DNA of 64,000 bases from Octopus sinensis (GCF_006345805.1 NC_042997.1:188790001-188854000), one strand, 5' to 3'. Counted from the stretch's first letter, positions 22,686 to 37,060 are shown. Notes: a model not told the origin generated them from the sequence alone. Translations and numbers: made by a program.

Positions 22686-25439
22686 CACAATCAGCATCAC
22701 CATCATCTCAACTGCAACCACCACTACCGCCGCTGCCACCATCCCTGATTATCAGTGACTATCAACAATTTTTTTTTTTTTATTCAGTTAAAATTTTGCA
22801 TTCCAAAAACTAAGAAAGGTAGGTTTCTGGTCTGTAGCCACATTCCAAAACAGAGTTCAATTTTATGCTTGTATTTTGTTTCTAAAAGATTCTATGCTGA
22901 ATGATCTTTCACTTAAAGATTTTGTTAATGTAAAGCAGCAAGTATGCTTTTTATAAATAGTAAAATCCAATGTATTTCTTGTTTTACATCAGAAATATAT
23001 TTTTCTTTTCATGTGTGAAATAAATGAACTGCTACAAGGTTTTTCTTCTATGTCAGAAGCAGAAAATGTTTGAGAACAGTTTTTATAGTGAAATATAGAA
23101 CAAAATATAGATTTTTAACATGGGTACATGGCCATAAATTTTTTTTTCAGTTAATAAATTTAACTCAGTACTTGAATGGCACTTGTTTTGTTTTCAACTT
23201 TGAAATGATGAAAACAAAGCTAACTCTGGCAGGATTTGAACTCAGAATGTAACTGAATATTATAAGACATTTTTTTTTCTGTTGCACCATTGATTCTGCT
23301 ATATGCATCACAACCGAGATCAATCTCTCCAGAAGTCTTGTGTTTCAATCCAATACATAGTCTCTCAGTAAGATAGACCTTATTACTCAACAGCTAGAAC
23401 ACAGTCTGGTGTTATAGATTTGGCAATTAACATTTGAAGGAAATTACATAACACCTTGCAGAGAATATAAATAATTAATTAATTAATTGTATATAAAGTA
23501 TTACTAATCATAACTCAATACAGAGAATATTTAAAAGAATACCATCTATTTTTTTCCATACTTTATCATTGAAAATTAAAGAGACATTTCAGGTGGTTTC
23601 ATCATTTGATTAGAATTAAGGCTCTAATAAGGAAATAAATAAACAATATTTTCTACTTCAAGATTTCAACATGTTAAAATATTTTTCCTGTTTTTTATCA
23701 ATAGCAATCCTTTAAACAAAATATATTCATTTCTGAACATGTTCATCTTCCTACTGACGTAGTGTCTGAGTTAAGGTACATTGGAATAGTTTCCAGGTTG
23801 ACTTGAAGTCTAAAATAATTTTCATGAAGAAGATATGTGAATTGTAATGAGAACAGCAACAGCTATAAAACTGAACTCCACATATAAAGTGCTTATTCTA
23901 TATTGCAGCACACACATAATCATCAGTCATATAGACAAAAATTGTAAGAACAAAGATATTAAGCTCTTAACCTTTAGCACAATTAGGCCATTTTAATGCT
24001 GCTAAATTAACTCTATTCTCCTCTAATTTGAAAATTTAGATTTTTGTTAGTAGCTCATTTTTATACACCCATCATTGTTAACTATATTATACCAAACTGT
24101 AACATATAGAAAATGAATGTAAATATAAAAATAAAACAATGGGACCAAATTAAATACTGTTAGTTAAAAATAAGAGAGAAATAAATATATAAAGAAAATA
24201 ACATCTCAAGAATTGTTTAATCAACAAATTCAATGAACAAAAACATTCTACAACCTCAATAGAACTGAGAGAAAATTAATCCTATGTCTGATTATCAAAG
24301 AGCAGAAATATTAGCAATACATATAAAACAAATGAATTAAAAATTCCTGGGCTTTTTATTCATAAAAAGGTATTCATGTTGAATATAAAAGGCATCACAG
24401 TTAAAATACAAACAAAGAAAGGAAAATTACGACTTAAAGCTTTGCATTAAATGATTAAACATCTGAAAATGAAAGAACCATTCTTTTAAGAATGTTATAA
24501 AGCATGACATCTTGTCTCTTTAAATGAGTCACCCTTGAAAAATTAATTTAGTTTCATGACTAAAAAATTCAACTCTTGTACAAAACATTCAATATAAAAA
24601 CAAAACAAAACCTATTCATTAATATTATTGAATTTCTCATTTTGATGCAATACTATTTTGCTACTAGTTTCAGAGCTAACAGAAGCAGCAAAAACCAATA
24701 ATTTTATCCCTTTTCATTCTTACTGCCAATGGGGTTGTATTCAGAGAAGTCAATAAAGAAAACAATAAAAGTGCCCAACACTAGTAAATCAGATAAAGAT
24801 TCCACAAAAAAAAGGACTATAACCACAATATTCTGAACTTGTTTAATAGAAAATGTCACTTTATGAAAATAAAATTGAAATGACAGTTGCTTTTTTAATA
24901 TTTACTTTCTAATTCTTCATTACTTTCATTGTGTGTCTTTTCTAATACTTCCTGATTTATATAAACATTTTTCTTCCTTTTATAATATTCTACAGACACC
25001 AAAGGAGAGTATTTACTGCACCCAACTACCTGTAACTCATTAAACAAATGCTCTCCAAAACTTAATAGGCTCATAGTCTATCTCTGGTCTGCTAATTACA
25101 GTAATGTGTAGTAATAAATAAATAAATAAATAAACTATCCTCTTTTTATCTTTTCATTAGACTACATTTATTTATTATAATCTCCTGCATCATTCATCCA
25201 ACTAATGAGCATAGCAACATACTCTACCTATATTTGTAACCAATGGGGGGGGGGGATAAAAACAGGCAGAGATTTGTTACCTGATGCACTGACATTTGGT
25301 GACATAAAATATGGAAGTTAAGTTAAATTAATTTTACCGAAGCACACGCAGAAATTAATACTGATTTAAAATTTCAGTTCAAAAGTAAAATTCAAAGACT
25401 TTTTTTTTTTTAGTTAACATAGTCAGCAATCAGTTACAG

Positions 25440-25760
25440 AATGTTTACATAAATTCTGTAGAGTGAAAATGGTTTTTTGCTCTAACTTCCAAACAAATTA
25501 TCTTTACACAGAAAGCTTCATAAACCAAGGTTACTCATCCTATTCAAGGAGGAGCAAACCTCACTAATAAAGCTGTTGATGCACTAAGTGCATCAATAGC
25601 TTTATTACACATCACCCACTTTGCTCTTTTATCAATACTATCACTTCTTTTATTCCGAAGCTTTTGTATGTTTCACCAATAGCAGCCCAAACAGCCTTCA
25701 TGACGAACTTTGAGGCAGATGCCTCTTTAAATACACTTAAAAAATTAAACGAACATAGAA
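25440..25760 (-). pseudogene. Decayed Tc1/mariner-superfamily transposase fragment
   Basis: SASKFVMKAVWAAIGETYKS resembles the SVMVWAAI block; downstream PWF...FVW is consistent with it; many stops. Confidence 0.45.
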
Positions 25761-27954
25761 ACTGGAATTCATTAAACGCCATCCTTGTTAAACACATGCA
25801 TGAAAAGAGAAGCAAATCAGATGGTGAAACATATGCATACTATATCTTGCTGATTATTATTATTATTATTATTATTCAATTGTTCCATATACATATTTGC
25901 ACACGCATCCATCTGTATACACAGAAAGCATATAGATAACGTTACTAAAGAATAGATGTACAGTCTCATTTCTTGTCAATTACACAAACAGTAAACACTT
26001 CAGATTTCTTAAGTAATTAATTTTAGTAGTAACTCCTCTAAACTGAGATAACGTTTTTTTTTTTTTGTTTTTTTGTTTTTTTTTCCACAATAAACATTAA
26101 TGAAAGACATGAACTTCCAGTTTTAGAAAAATCAGCATAGACATAAAGCTTGATTTTCGTTTAGCATTCATTTTTATCACCTTTCTTCTTCAGAAATATA
26201 AAATGAATTGAGAAGTTTTGATGTGTCTTAGCAAAAAAAAAAAATGAAATCAATATTTCAAAAGTAGCCTATTTAGAAGACAACATTCTGTCAAAACTCC
26301 TTTAAACAGAATAATCAGCAGTTATCTCTTTACTTTATTAGCAAAATAGTATAATATACTGTATACACTTAACTTTTAATATAAAACACTTAAGGTGTGT
26401 GATGCCATATTAATAACTGTCACTGTAAGTCATTTTTGTAAACTATTTTTTATGACTCTCAAGTCTGTGGAGAGCTGTTATCCTTATTGCATACTTTGAT
26501 CTTTTCCAGCCATTGATTTTTCAACCTAGAAGGTGTGCATTGTCAAAGAAGAATAAGTTTTTGAAATAAAATTATCCAAAAACATCAACTGGAATTTTAC
26601 AGCATTATCACTCTCATTAGATTCTGTTGACACTAGTAGCACCATAACACAATTTCTACCAAATGATATGCAGTGCATTTCACCCCAGCCACCACACACA
26701 TATACACCTTTTTATACAATCAGTGGTAATGCTATATTAAGAAAACAATAATAAATTTTCAATAGAAAAACAAAAATTCAGAAACAAATTTACAAGATAT
26801 TGTTCAAATCAGAGAAGCTTTATTTTTGTTATTTCGAGGAAGGTAGATCTAGCATTCAGGGGATCTTCCTATGTGAAAGAACAAGCAATAATAGTAAAGT
26901 CATATCTGTTTTTATTTTTTTCCCTCTGATAGTTCAGAGTTGATGAGAAAATATTTATACGCTGTAAAAATGAGGAAATCTGTTACAGGAACAAAACCAA
27001 ATATATTGACTTATATAAGACTGTGGAATATTGAAAGAAAAGAAAAGAAAAGATTGATATGGTAAGTGTAGTGAGATTCTTTCAATGAGATTGGAATACA
27101 GCCAGTAAACTCTGAGGAACAGAAGCCAGTATATGTTGAGTTCAGCTTTTAATTCCATCTTACATATTATTTTCAGTTGGGATGAAAAGCATTTCTCCAA
27201 TTATAAATCTTTATCTTCAGGGAAGATGCAGATATACTGCCATAAGAGTGAACAGAGGTCTTACTGCTTTTTCCATTGTTAACTTAAAAGGGCGTATTTT
27301 AAGTTATCAACAAAAATACCAATTCATCTGTTCTCAAATATAGTTAAAAATCAAACACATTATGTTACCTTTGTAGGTAAACATCACAATGTATGAAAAA
27401 CTTTTGTTTATCCATGACAAAAGTTAAACAATAGACATCTGTTGAACAGCAAAACAATTTTTGGCTGCAAAAACCAATTTATGAATTACAAGTACAATCT
27501 AGAAATAATGACTTTGAATTATTGCCAGCATATAGCTCTAATGAAAAGTGTGTTACCAGAGATCAATAAAAACTGGCAATTGTTATGAGAGCTACTACAT
27601 TTTTACTTATCTAAATATTGGTGATAGAAAAATGTATCGACAAAATAAGGTTTCATACAAGCAAGTAAGCTATTGAGTTGTGTTCATCCTACCCAGTAGG
27701 AAACAATTTCTACGAGCTACATTTTTTCTGAATGCTGACTAAGTCAGAGGTTTAACAAAAAAAAGTAGACCTCCATGACCCTGTTAAGGATCTTCACAAG
27801 ACTGGTAAAAGGGATGGAAATTATTCTCAGAATGAAGACCAGTCTGAATGCTTGTAACAAAATAAACTCAGCTAAAAGAATTCAAGGTTCAGGTGGCAGT
27901 GTTAAACTTGGTGATATACAAAGTCTATCATTCAAAAACAAGAATAGACCTTTT

Positions 27955-28110
27955 GATCAGCTTCTGTATAGTTTCCATCAACCAAATTTTATTCACAAAG
28001 CCTTGGCTTACTTGAATCTAAAGCACTTGCCTATGGTACCTTGTAGTGCGATTGAACCCAAAACCACATAGTTACAAAGTGAACTTCTTCACCACACACC
28101 TATGACTGTG
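27955..28110 (-). mobile_element. SINE family A, 5' half, old
   Basis: gtttccatcaaccaaattttattcacaaagccttgg...gaacccaaaaccacatagtt. Confidence 0.65.
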
Positions 28111-29134
28111 CCAAAATCTATCACTTAGCATTAAATCAAGATTCAATGCTACAAAATAATTTTAGTGTATTCGTTTAGTTCTTTAGAAGGCTTAAATTAT
28201 CCTTATTCTAACTATGTTAAAATATCTCAGTGTACAGACATAAAACTGTAAAATCACTTACAATACATACAATATTACTACATAAGAAAGTTATATTACA
28301 TGTCAGTTGTTTTGAGAGGGAAAAGTCCAAGTAAAAATTCTAAAAAGCCTTTTTTATGAGTACTATACTAGTATAGATGAACCATTACAATGAAAAAAAC
28401 TGAAGAGAACTATAGAACATAGGCACTACTAGAAATTTAGATATTAATGTGATACTACTTTATATTAATAACAAGGAAACTATTGACAATGACTGGTGAA
28501 ACAAGGAGAAAATTCTTCAAAAATTACAAAAAGTATGAAGGACAGAGATGCAACTTTAAATGACTACAGACGAATCTAAAGTTCCTTTGAAACAGCAGCT
28601 TCATTGGAATTTTATTTAAAAAATATATATTTTAAACTTATTAAAGAACTCAAGATAAATATATAATGTGTGTGTGCGCATGTGAGTGTGTGATAAAGAG
28701 AGAGAGAGAGAGAGTGTAAGCACTCGGCAGGAAATTATGGATTTCCTCTATTACAAACATAAATATTAATGTCAATGTTAATAAGTATGGTGGATAACAG
28801 AACTGATAGAATGTTGGATAAAATGCTTTAAAGTTATTTATTTAGTAACTCCACTTTACGTTTAGCAACACCACTTTACATACTGAGATCAAATTCTGCC
28901 AAAGTCGACTTAGCTTTCACAGGGAAAGTGTTTATAATAAAGTATCAGTCAAGACCTGTGGTCAATTAAATGTGAAATTAGATAGGAGTTAGGAAGAGTT
29001 TGGGTTTGCTATTATAAAAATGTTACATAATGCTTCGTACAAAAACAACCAGGAATTAAACTGCAATAAACTGTAAAACATATTCACGACTGAATTAATG
29101 AAGCATCTTAGAACAAACAGAAAAGATAAACGAA

Positions 29135-29500
29135 TAGGTACATGTGTGCTTGTGTGGTAAGAAGCTTGCTTCCCACTCACATGGTTCTAGGTTCAGTCCC
29201 ACTGCATGGCATCATGGGTAAGTTTTTTTCTACTTGTAGCCTCAGGTCAACCAAAGCCTTGTGAGTGGATTCGGTAGATAGAAGCTGAAAGAAGCCCATT
29301 GTGTGTGTCTTTTTATTCATGTTTGTCCCCCACTACTGCCCCTGTAACTTGGCAGCTCAGTTATAATAAGCACTGATAAAATAAGTACCAGGCTTAAAAA
29401 ATAAGTAGTGGGGTCAATTCATTTGACTAAAAAAACTCTCTAAGGCAGTGCCTCAGCATGGTCACAGCATAACGACTTAAACAAGTAAAAGATAATAGAC
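29135..29500 (+). mobile_element. SINE family A
   Basis: gtgtggtaagaagcttgcttcc...ggttcagtcccactgc...aacaagtaaaagata. Confidence 0.85.
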
Positions 29501-29989
29501 AAGGAAGATATGAACACAGAAGATTTCCTTCGAAAATTTAAGAACCAAACAACTCAAAGCTAAAATTAAAACTCAATATACAAGTTTTTTTTTTTTTAAA
29601 GTTTTCAGTAGTTAATAATAATTTCTGGATACTAAAAAACAAATAAAGTGCAATTTATATTTTTAAACATTTAAATAACTTTGTTAAATAATGATCTAAA
29701 CCTGAAAGTAAATCCAAAACAATACACAACAAAAATTTTCAAAACTTTCAATCACATAAAAATGTAAAATGTTTACGATACAAACATAAGTGTGAATAAA
29801 TTATTCTCCATTATTCTTTCTTAGATATATGTGTCTGTGTATGCATTTTAAAATTATATATAGATACACACACACACAAATATATATACACATAAATATA
29901 AATGTAAAGAAAGAATGATCATAGTTTTATATATTGCTCCAGCATGGCCGCAGTCAAATGACTGAAACAAGTAAAAGAATAAAAGAATA

Positions 29990-30237
29990 TAGGGCTCGCT
30001 AAAAGTCACCCGACAGTAAATCAAAATGCCATAAATACCTAATATTCAATTTTATTTATTCATTCCAATTATGAATGTTTAATAATTGAATGCTTATGAG
30101 TTAAAAATCACCAATTATTATTTTGTTTTCAACATTTGTCTATTTATTAACAAAGTCTCACATAAAATAATTTTTTGTTTTAATCTTAGAATTAAATGGG
30201 TTTTGATTTACTGTCAGGTGACTTTGGGCCAACCCTA
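29990..30237. mobile_element. Tc1/mariner-type MITE with 37-bp TIRs
   Basis: Left TAGGGCTCGCTAAAAGTCACCCGACAGTAAATCAAAA versus reverse complement of the right end TAGGGTTGGCCCAAAGTCACCTGACAGTAAATCAAAA; TA context at both ends. Confidence 0.88.
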
Positions 30238-30390
30238 TGTGTGTGTGTGTGTATATATATAACGACCTCGAACACACAAGTGCAAACAAGGGAGACAGAG
30301 AAAGGCAGAATGCCACTTATATTTGAACACTATACAAATATTCCTTTAAAAAAACTTTTCTTTTAATTTTTCCAAATTTAATTATTTAAT

Positions 30391-30438
30391 TGTTACAGTT
30401 GAAAAGGTCTCAAAATGACCGAAACCGGTACTGAAATG
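30391..30438 (+). ncRNA. Minimal type I hammerhead ribozyme motif (U3:A8 variant)
   Basis: tgttacag-TTGAAAA-ggtc(tcaaaat)gacc-GAAAC-cg-GTA-ctgaaatg: stem I, core, 4-bp stem II, GAAA, palindromic ACCGGT stem III and GUA cleavage triplet are all in register. Confidence 0.65.
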
Positions 30439-30519
30439 TTCTTTATAAAATTATTTTAGCATTTTCTATTTTGACTTGTTTTTTCATATATATCAACTCT
30501 TGTGTTCCTTTTCACCCTT

Positions 30520-30556
<37 letters not shown>

Positions 30557-30664
30557 CATGTATATATACACACAAACACACACATATATATTCATATGCA
30601 CATACATATAAGTGTAAAGAAGGAATGATGATCATACATACATACATACATACATGCATGCATG

Positions 30665-31200
30665 CATGGAATGTCCCAGTGAAGACCTCAATGAAATGTA
30701 AGCACAACAGACTTAACATAATGATTTTGGATAAAGAGAAACTGTCACAGTCGTGGAAATTAGCTGCCCAGCAGATGTTAACATAAAGCTGAAGATCAGT
30801 GAAAAGGAGAACACCTATGCTGAAGTATTGAGAAATCTGCAACTATTCTATCCAGATTACAAGTTCAGGTTTATACCTGTAATTATTGGGGCCCTGAGAT
30901 ATGTAACTCACTGCCTGAACACCAATCTTGAGAAATTAGGCTTCTCAAAACAAGAAAGGAGAAAGCTAATTCAAAGTCTACAGATCCAATCCATCACAGG
31001 AACAGTAAAACTCTGTACAACTTTCCAGAAGTTTATCATTTAAATATATATGTCTAGATATGAAACTATATGCATGAGAATACATGCATAAAGCAAAACA
31101 TACAAATATGTACACACACACACATACATACAAGCAAATATACCCTGTTGTTGATGTCGAAATTCCAATGAAGGTGCCTTGAATTAGGTTAGAAACCATC
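30665..31200 (+). mobile_element. 3' fragment of an RLE-clade (R4/NeSL-like) non-LTR retrotransposon: endonuclease domain and 3' UTR
   Basis: WNVPVKTSMKCKHNRLNIMILDKEK / VVEISCPADVNI..KENTY..FIPVIIGAL matches the PD-(D/E)xK restriction-like endonuclease layout; frameshifted; stop at 31043. Confidence 0.88.
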
Positions 31201-31848
31201 AGAGTGACCATCCATTACAAACAACCTTCTGAACACTACTATGTTTTAGAGTGTGCTTCTTTTTTGGATATATGAACTACTGACCAACACACACACACAC
31301 ATAAAACTCACACACATGTATAGTAGTGTGTTTTGTGTGTGTGTGCATTTGGACACTTATTAAAGGAAAAGTATTATAGCTACTTACATAAACTAACATT
31401 TTACATTGTATTTTTTTAATTTTATATTGCTATATGAACAATATAAGTAGAAAAGCTGCATTACTTTCCCAATCTTTATATAATGTCAATTTTTTATTTA
31501 AACATTTCAAATTCATATATTTTCTGATTGATCACCAGTTGCCATATTTTTATATGTAGGCATTTAATTTGGTTTGGGAGTGAACTGACGTAAGGTTATT
31601 GCAAATTTTATGTCTTCACTGATTATACATAAAAGTATAGAACTTGGAAACTATTGAAGAATACACCAATTGAAAACTAAATAAATAAAAGCATAAACTA
31701 CAAAATTTCATTATTTCTGAAGAAGCTCTGAGGTATTTTTTCTATCAAGATGCTACAAGAACCAAAAAAGGAAAAATAGAAATTCATTATTTGAATGTAT
31801 AGAGTCGCAGTCTAAAAAAAAAAACATATACACCTATGCTTCCAGTAC

Positions 31849-31931
31849 CTGAAGGGCTAAGCAATATCAAAGAAGCTTGACACAAATGCTATTACCACCA
31901 TGTTAAAATTATGGCATAGCCTTTCTGCTAC
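31849..31931 (-). other. Candidate non-coding exon (83 nt)
   Basis: Minus-strand acceptor ttttttttttcttttctcacatatatag|g and donor cag|gtactg; stop codons in all three frames. Confidence 0.45.
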
Positions 31932-32264
31932 CTATATATGTGAGAAAAGAAAAAAAAAAATGAAATACTTGGTAACCTAAGAGTAAAGATATTGTGAAAT
32001 AAGCACACATGCTAATCTTGCATGAAATCCAGGTGATAAATTATTGTTTCCCATAAATTCACAGATAATTGATATTATATTAAAGGTTGGAAGTACTAAT
32101 GAATTGTGAACTGAGATTATAAATTAGCAAAACAAGCACATTTCAAAATCAGCTGCAACATTATTTCCAATATTCAAAATAGGGGACTCCCAACCGACAG
32201 ACAGTTTGGTTTTAAAACCACAGTAACTAGCTGGTGGTTACTCTCTAAGATTGGTATTTTTTAA

Positions 32265-32650
32265 GTACCCATGACTGTGTGGTAAAAAGTTTGCTTCCCA
32301 ACCACATGGTTCCAGGTTCAAGCTCATTATGTGACACTTTAAGCAAATGCCTTCTATTATAGCACTGGACAGACCAAAGCCTTTGAGTAAATTTGACAGG
32401 CAGAAACTGAAAGAATCCCATCACACGCACAAGTGTGTTTGTCTTTGTGTTTGTCCCACACCACCACTTGACAAGTGGTGTTGGTTTATTTACTTCCCCT
32501 ACAACTTAATGGTTCAGCATAAGAGACCAATAAAATAAGTACCAGTCCAGAAATAAGTTCAGGGGTCAATTCATTCAATTATAATCATCAAGGTTGTGCT
32601 CCAGTACGGCCACAGTTTAATGACTGAAACAAATAAACGATAAAAGAATA
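32265..32650 (+). mobile_element. SINE family A, older copy
   Basis: gactgtgtggtaaaaagtttgcttcccaaccacatgg...tgactgaaacaaataaa. Confidence 0.85.
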
Positions 32651-35043
32651 TCCACAATCGATGGATTACTAAAATCATGTCTAGACCTTTCTTCTTCAAC
32701 TCCAGTTCCAATAATTTTCCACATCCTATACTTGCATCTTCGCTTGTCACAGATTACCTCTTTTATTATTTCTCTTTAATTTCTTATTTCATAACCCTTT
32801 CATAGAGTTAACATTTCTTAACTGAATTTGGAGTTAACTTTATTAAAAACACTAAGAAATCTTTTTTTTTTTTTTTTTTTTTTTGGAAAATATTTAACTT
32901 GCTACATGAAAACTTTTGAATTCTTAAGATATTATAAAACTAGCAGGTTCAAATTAAAATAGTTGCATATAAAGAACTGAAGCATGACCCTGTGTTATCG
33001 TAAACATATGATAAGTTTATGCTAATGTGCATATTTACCATAATTATACATTATAATTTCTCTTGATTAATTATTAGTAAAAAGAATCTCTCGAAATTAT
33101 TATTAGTTAAATAAAATAAAGCTTTGAATAATTTATAATCTTTTGTTTTTTACAATTCAAATATGTTTTACCTAAACATTATGTAATAATACAGTTAATC
33201 AGAACATTTCTTCAATAAACCACACATCACCTAACAGTTACTTTAAGCTAAAATAATCACACTTAATCTCTCATGCATAAATCTAACAGCTAAACCAAAT
33301 TAAATTTAAACAGAAGTGGAAAATAGAAAAAAATAAATATCACCAAGTAGCCTCAAGAAATGTAGGAGCAAAATAAGTTTTCTGTTGGAGTTGCAAGGCA
33401 AAGAATATATTTACTCACATGTCTTATGAAAAATACATTTTTCATGTGTGTGTGTGTGCGCGCGTGTGTGAGCACATGCATGTATGTATGTAATATTCTT
33501 ATGATTCAGGAAAAATTCTTAACATTCTAATAGTAAATTATTTTTCTCAAACTGATTGTCGATATTGGAATAATCAGAAAGACATGTTTATCCATACATC
33601 TTTTGGAAGCTATACAAATTCCATATGATGCGACAAATGAACTCTCCTTTGTCATCTGACATTTTTTTTTTCCAATTTAATTATTCTTTTATTAACTCCT
33701 TTTGTTTCATTTTAACAACTTAGAACTTCTGTTTTCCAGTTCGTTCTATCATTGTTGTAGCATTGATGAATTATTTGTATCACAAATGCCTTTCCTTTCT
33801 CATGAATCATTTCAATCATTTCCTTTTCAGAAAATCTTATAACCTATTTAGTGTATTTTATACAGGATTTCATTTTTAGATTTTAGTTCTTTTATTTCTT
33901 AGCTTTAGAATTTCATACAAAAAGCATGTTTTCATTGATAGAGACTAAAGTGAGACATGAGGGCTACAGACTGAAGAAAGAATTACCTAAAAGACTTCTA
34001 AAGTATTTCAAGATCATGAATCTGATGTTAGAGGAATTAAACTTTACTAAAAATGCTTCTCAAGTGTACAGCTTAACATTGCCACATGGTGCTAATTTCA
34101 GTAATTAAGAGATTAAGATTTCATTTAGCTAGTAATCAATACTTAATACTTAAAAGATGGAGGTTGAAGCTGACTCCCAGATTTCATTCAAAATTAAAAC
34201 ATCACATGTCATACTGCAGACTGTTCTTTGGGGAAAGAAGATAGTGCCCAAACAAACAAAAATTCCCACAATTTTTACAGCTATATTCATTAGTAACAAT
34301 CAATATTAATGCAAAATTGAATTGGTTAAGAAGATATTAGATACTGAACTTCTAGTCCATAGGCTTCAATCCAAATCCACTGTTATGTATTCAAGCAAGA
34401 CATTTAATTCCACATTGCTTCAGTTTATCTTGCTATTGGAAACAGATCATAAGGGAATGTTACCTTTAGATAGACTGGCAAGCTATACAGATAAAGGTTT
34501 ATATTTCATCCACTTAACATTACAGAATCAGAACTAAGCTCTAGCCTGGAGATTAGCAATCATTTACATTCATCATCATCATCATCATCGTTTAACGTCT
34601 GCTTTCCATGCTAGCATGGGTTATTTTATAATAATGCTATTACCAAAGAGAAGGTCTCCACATAATCTCTAGACCTGCAAACTTTCTAACCAAATTTCTT
34701 TCTTAACCAATTTCAAACCATTCTGTAAAATAAGAATCACAAGTTTACATCTTAAATCCTAAGACAGCATGACCCGAAGAAAAGATAAGATGACCACATA
34801 TTGCTGATGAAAGGGTTTTTCTATTAACAACTACTGTGATCTATATGAACAGAACTAATCAAAACAACCCAACAACAATATCTCTCTCACACTCTTGCAA
34901 CTTCATACAAAGTTTTTAGTAAGTTAGTATTTAATGCCCAAAACTCACTAAACCATATAAAACTTCTCTATTCACATGACATGCATTATTACACAAGTAG
35001 CAGAAACAGTAGAGTAACAGATTGCCTTATGATCTTTCATTAA

Positions 35044-35263
35044 CCCTATTGTTACTGTATTTATTTTGAGATGCTCTGCGTTTCTTTCAATTACTTTAAA
35101 TAAAACAAAGAATCTAGTAAAATAACTTAGTTATTACTCAGCTAGTGATAGGAACATAAATTGCAACTAAGGTTTAGTGGAAGATTTTAATTCAAAATTT
35201 ATGAAAACAAGACATTTGTACTCAGAGCCAGAGCCGGTTTCAGCCAGGTTGGTAACGAAAGGG
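35044..35263. mobile_element. piggyBac-type MITE, second family
   Basis: TTAA|CCCTATTGTTAC ... GTAACGAAAGGG|TTAA. Confidence 0.88.
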
Positions 35264-35585
35264 TTAAACCTGTCTACATTCTAAGTTTAAATTTTATTGG
35301 CATCAACTTTGCCATTCATCCTTCTAAGGTCTTGAATTCCATACAATTTGTAACTTTATATGAGTATAAGAAATCATTATTACAGTTCAGTTCAACATTT
35401 CAAAACTAAAGAAAACCCTTATACTGGGTACAGAATTTCTGACTTTCTTCTAGTTGTCCCCCACTGTACACAACAACTTTCTGAAATAATTATAAATTAC
35501 ATTTATCATTCCACTACTATACATATGGCTCTTTAACATAAAAGTGACTTATTTTAAAGATTACAAGTTAATTTTATTATCATTA

Positions 35586-35972
35586 CTAGCAGTATCGCCT
35601 GGCGTTGCTCGGGTTTGTTTCAACCCTTTAGAATTGGAATTTTTGAAAAGTAAAAATTTTGCATTATGTAGCTTGTCATTCTCTTTAAGTGAACATTTTT
35701 CTGGTTGAAATACACCGAAAAATGGTAACACAGCAGTCAAAAAATCGTAAAAATAGGGATTTTCATAGAAAAAAAGCACCTTTTTGATGTAAATAATTTT
35801 TGGTGTTGACATGGTCCGATTTGAACTTTTTCTTCTACGGAATGAAGAGCAAGCCTTCTTCTATCATACTCTCAATTTTGGTCAACTTGCACCATAGGAT
35901 CTTGGAGGAGATAGTGTTAGTTGAAGGCTACCAAACCATACACAGACAACTTCAGCTTTATATATAGAAAGA
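35586..35972 (-). mobile_element. Non-autonomous Helitron
   Basis: Minus strand: A|TCTTTCTATATATAAAG ... cccgagcaacgccaggcg (subterminal hairpin-like) atactgCTAG|T. Canonical 5' TC, 3' CTAG and A|T target, no TSD. Confidence 0.85.
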
Positions 35973-36019
35973 TTATTATTATTATTATTATTATTATTAA
36001 TAATATTATTATTATTATT

Positions 36020-36240
36020 AAGGCAGTAAGTTAGCAGAATCATTAGCACAATGGATAAAATGCATAGTGGCATTTCATCCATCTTCACATTCTGAGCTCA
36101 AATTCCACCCAAGTTGACTTTGCCTTTCATCCTTTTGGGGAGGTCAATAAAATAGGTTCCAGTTGAGCATTGCAGTCGATGTAATCAACTTACCCCCTCC
36201 CACAAAATCACTGGCCTTGTGCCAAAATTTAAAACCATTA
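36020..36240 (+). mobile_element. SINE family B (MetaSINE-like)
   Basis: Colinear with 9951-10170, including the tail ccttgtgccaaaattt(a/g)aaacca. Confidence 0.85.
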
Positions 36241-37008
36241 TTATTTATCTTTGTGAAAAAAACAGATCAGATTCCATCTCATTGCCATTTTCATCTTGTT
36301 TCATTAAATACAAAATAAAAAAATATATATATAATAAAAAAATATCTCCCAAGAAATGCTGCATCAACATCAAATGCATATATCAATATTTCTTCATTAG
36401 AAAATTTTTTTTCTCTTCATTTCCTTAACTGCTTCATACAATTCCTGACATGTTTTCATTTTTGCCATAATTTTCCTGCATAGTTTTAAATGTGCGAGCT
36501 GGTCACACATCCTAGCTACATCATCTCGTTTCGAGCAAGTAATATGATGAATGCATTCACATTACAGAACACTCTTGTCTTATTTGATTAATTTATCATT
36601 AAAATTACTCTTAAATCTATAAATAACTAGAATATTGCAATCATAGTTATTCCTTTTAAAATACATTCAAACTTCACTTTTCCTTCATTCATTTGCTTGA
36701 TATAGCTCCTAGCTAAATTCTATGCTTAATACACAGCTGCCTTTAGGCTGAATTTAAGATTTTGCTACACCTATTTTCTCATTTTTCTCTCCATTTCCAC
36801 ATAAACAATCAACCTATTTTCATATATATATTTACTTGGTTGCAGCAATATAAATTAGTAATGAACAACTTGATCTCTTATTAATGCAGTCTTCAAAATG
36901 TTTTGGATTTTTGATTGTCACCTGTTCAAAAACATTTTTCTTAAATAAGTACATACACATATAGGCATACATATGTATATATACACACACGTATATAATG
37001 TGTGTGCA

Positions 37009-37060
<52 letters not shown>

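Noticed and set aside
26440-26700. Possible mariner relic (ILLFDNAH on the minus strand)
   Set aside because: A single short motif only; insufficient without a profile search.
31160-31200. ccaatgaagg...gaaacc in the RLE element 3' UTR as a ribozyme
   Set aside because: The core and stems are not reconstructable from this copy.
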